This document shows positions 61,591-64,000 of a DNA stretch of 64,000 bases, one piece after another. Under the pieces are notes generated by a model, which saw nothing but the letters and a program-made list of their open reading frames with translations, ran no database searches and had not been told where the DNA came from. The stretch spans positions 544,001 through 608,000 of the forward strand of contig OZ247587.1 of NCBI GenBank assembly GCA_965233865.1. The letters are read 5' to 3'. The translations under genes were made by a program, and so were the position numbers. The DNA is from Candidatus Neptunichlamydia sp. (GTDB taxonomy: Bacteria; Chlamydiota; Chlamydiia; Chlamydiales; Simkaniaceae). The number at the start of each line of letters is the position of its first letter. Within the stretch, counting starts at the first letter, position 1.

Positions 61591-62346
61591 GAGGCAAGGT
61601 CACCTGAGACTCAATGTGACTTGATGGAAATCCTGAGATTACTGGGTAAGGAGCATCAGAAAAATAGTCTCTACAAATCTTTTCAATTGTCCATCCATCT
61701 TCCATATCAGGCTTGCAATCATCCCATGATGCTAAAATCAAACCCGCTAGATTATCTACCATTCTCGCTTGCCTTAATTGATTGAGCATCCGATCGACCC
61801 GATAAATTTTTTTTCCCATATCTTCAAGAATAAGAATTTTTCCTGCAGTATCAAGCTGCCACTGCGTTCCAATATGAGCAGTAATTAAAGAAAGATTTCC
61901 TCCCACGAGAATCCCTTCTCCCTTTCTTCCTACAATTGTTTCGCATGCTAGAGGGTTTTCATAAACACTGGTTCTTCCTTCACCTACAGTATCCCATATT
62001 CCCTGCTCTAAAAGCTCTGTCTCTTTCGTTGGGTCGAATGTCCACTTTGCGACAGGACCTAAAAATGTGGCAAGGCCCGCCTTCTGCATCAAAGCGATAT
62101 GAAGAGCTGTGATATCACTCATCCCAATAAAGATTTTAGGATGCTCCCGAATGTAATCATAATCTAAAAGATCTAAAATCCGCCCCGATCCATGCCCCCA
62201 CGAATACACCAGATTGCTTTAATTTCAGGGTCTTTTCAAACCTCCATTAAAGCTTGAGCTCTCTCTTTATCTGCCCCAGCTAGATATCCAAACCTCTTCT
62301 CAAAGTTAGAGGGTAGTTTAACTTGAAACCCGCGTCTTTTCAAAAC
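61499..62346 (-). pseudogene. LD-carboxypeptidase (peptidase S66) pseudogene
   Basis: GYLAGADKERA...V*KDPEIKAIWCIRGG (stop plus frameshift), GMSDIT, GGNLS, LED; 5' part separated by an IS3 remnant. Confidence 0.85.
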
Positions 62347-62871
62347 TGATCTTCCCCCGTTTTTGTAGACACTCTTAACATAGACTATTCTCATGTTTTT
62401 CTTCAAATTTCACCGGGCTCAAATATCCCAATGTTGAATGTCTTCTCTTATTGTTATAGTAGCGTTCTATATAGTTAAATATTTCCTTTTCAGCAGCTCC
62501 TCTTCCTGAGACTGCCTGCTCTAAAGCTTGTATGATCAGTTCTTTTCTCATATGCTTTTTGATGGAATGTCCAACGATTTTCCTAGAGTAAAGATCCTAT
62601 TTTCTTTTTTCAGTCGCTTAATCTCTTCTTCCTCCCTTGTCTGCCTTAATCAATTTCTCAGTCGACTATGGTCATGCTTACTGAGCCATATTTTTAGCGT
62701 AGAAACACCTATACTCAGATCACTTGCTACCTCTTCTATCTTCAATCCCTCTTCTCTCACTAACTTGACCGCATTCCCTTTAAATTCATCATTGAATTTT
62801 CATTTACTTTTACTCCTCTTTAAGTTCGAGAAGTCTATATCATAACTGTCCTATTTTTCGGAGAAAGATCA
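62347..62871 (-). mobile_element. Internally deleted IS3-family element
   Basis: Ends tgatcttccccc... and ...ggagaaagatca; OrfA HTH and integrase C-terminal fragments on the minus strand. Confidence 0.82.
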
Positions 62872-63062
62872 GAACTCTCAAGATCTTGGGTACAGACTAA
62901 ACGTAAAAAATGAAAGCAATCTTCAACAGAGTCTAACTCATTTTTGCAAAATGCCCCTGGAATGAAAATCAGGTTAAAGTTGTCCTTCTTGAAAGGAATC
63001 GAACTCAGCAAAATCATAGCAAAAGCAATTCACCGAAACTGCGACCAGAAGAAGCGACCATT

Positions 63063-64000
63063 TCATTGCTTCTCAAGCGAAATCACGGCCCGCTCTCCAT
63101 TTAAATCCCACTCTTCTCCCTCTGTTGCTTCGAACTTCACTTCAGAAGCTAAAACCTCGTGGATGATAGTATTGCGGTACTCCTCAAAACATTTTCTTAC
63201 ATGAGGTGTTGTATCAATCACCATTTTGACGCGATCTGTCACCTCAAGCCGCATGTTGCGTCTTTGCGTGTTGACTTTGTTCACAATCTCGCGTGCTAAT
63301 CCTTCAAGCCTAAGAGCATCGTCCAGAGTCGTATCTAGTGCAATTGTCATTGCCCCTTCTGTTGCAGCAACAGATCCTTCCTTAACCTTCCGATCAACGA
63401 GGACATCCTCTGAGGTAATGGAAAACTTTTCTCCATCAAGATCTAGTTCATAATTTCCTCCATCCAGGGCACTTGGATCGAGATCAAGAATCGCTGCTTG
63501 AACTTTTTTCATTAACGGCCCAGCACGCCGCCCCAGCGTCTTAAAGTTAGGTTTGATTAAAATCTCAACAAACCCCTTTTCATCACTGTGATATTCAACA
63601 GCCTTCACATTGAGTTCATCTAAAATCAGATTTTCCTGTCCTTTGAGGAGTTTAATCACCTGAGGATTACTTGAAATCAAGTGGACCTTTAGCAGAGGTT
63701 GTCGCACCTTTAATTTGTGCTCTTTTCTCAAAGCATGCCCCATGCTAACAGCCGTTTGCACCGAGGCCATCTCCTCTTCAAGAACCTCATCGCGCCACGT
63801 CGCGTCATAACTTGGAAAATCGCAGAGATGAACAGAGATCGGATCCTTTTTTGTTCGAAGATCTTGATAAATGGCATCACTAATAAAAGGAACAAATGGC
63901 GCCGCGATCTTTGACAACTGAAACACTACCGTATAGAGAGTCTGGAATGCTTCCGTGCGATCTTCAGTCTCCTCATCTGCCCAGAATCGTCCTCGATTTC
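63063..64000 (-). CDS. ileS: Isoleucyl-tRNA synthetase, C-terminal part (partial)
   Basis: APFVPFISD, SVHL, KVRQPL, ELNVK, EGLAREIVNKV...R; open to the window end. Confidence 0.93.
   Translation of the reverse strand, partial: NRGRFWADEETEDRTEAFQTLYTVVFQLSKIAAPFVPFISDAIYQDLRTKKDPISVHLCDFPSYDATWRDEVLEEEMASVQTAVSMGHALRKEHKLKVRQPLLKVHLISSNPQVIKLLKGQENLILDELNVKAVEYHSDEKGFVEILIKPNFKTLGRRAGPLMKKVQAAILDLDPSALDGGNYELDLDGEKFSITSEDVLVDRKVKEGSVAATEGAMTIALDTTLDDALRLEGLAREIVNKVNTQRRNMRLEVTDRVKMVIDTTPHVRKCFEEYRNTIIHEVLASEVKFEATEGEEWDLNGERAVISLEKQ

Noticed and set aside
1..64000. CRISPR array, tRNA, rRNA or prophage
   Set aside because: No regularly spaced repeats, cloverleafs, rRNA signatures or phage structural genes were seen by eye.

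Overview
A 64-kb chromosomal window, about 40% GC by eye, most likely from an environmental member of the Chlamydiota (Simkaniaceae-like). This is inferred from the long chlamydial-type LepB, IspG with an insertion domain, PPi-dependent PFK, zwf-opcA-pgl, a CdsC-like secretin and an Hc2-like basic protein. Most of it is housekeeping or metabolic: glpF/glpK/glpD, pyrG-ruvX-nadA, proC, rarA, ileS. It is interrupted by decayed insertion sequences (an IS5 nested in an IS4, plus IS66, IS3 and IS5) and a relic conjugative island (traD fragment and a HEPN/Toprim-associated gene). The most notable items are: a 60-aa Bd0055/HBb-like bacterial histone coexisting with an H1-like nucleoid protein; an unannotated, highly structured ~330-nt intergenic RNA candidate near rarA; an orphan shortened secretin; a miniature two-partner secretion pair; a PIMT with a Tudor-like N-terminus; a 1.5-kb islet bounded by a 17-bp direct repeat at the pgl 3' end; and a dispersed 18-bp motif upstream of several minus-strand genes. 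All family calls come from motif recognition by eye, not from database searches.
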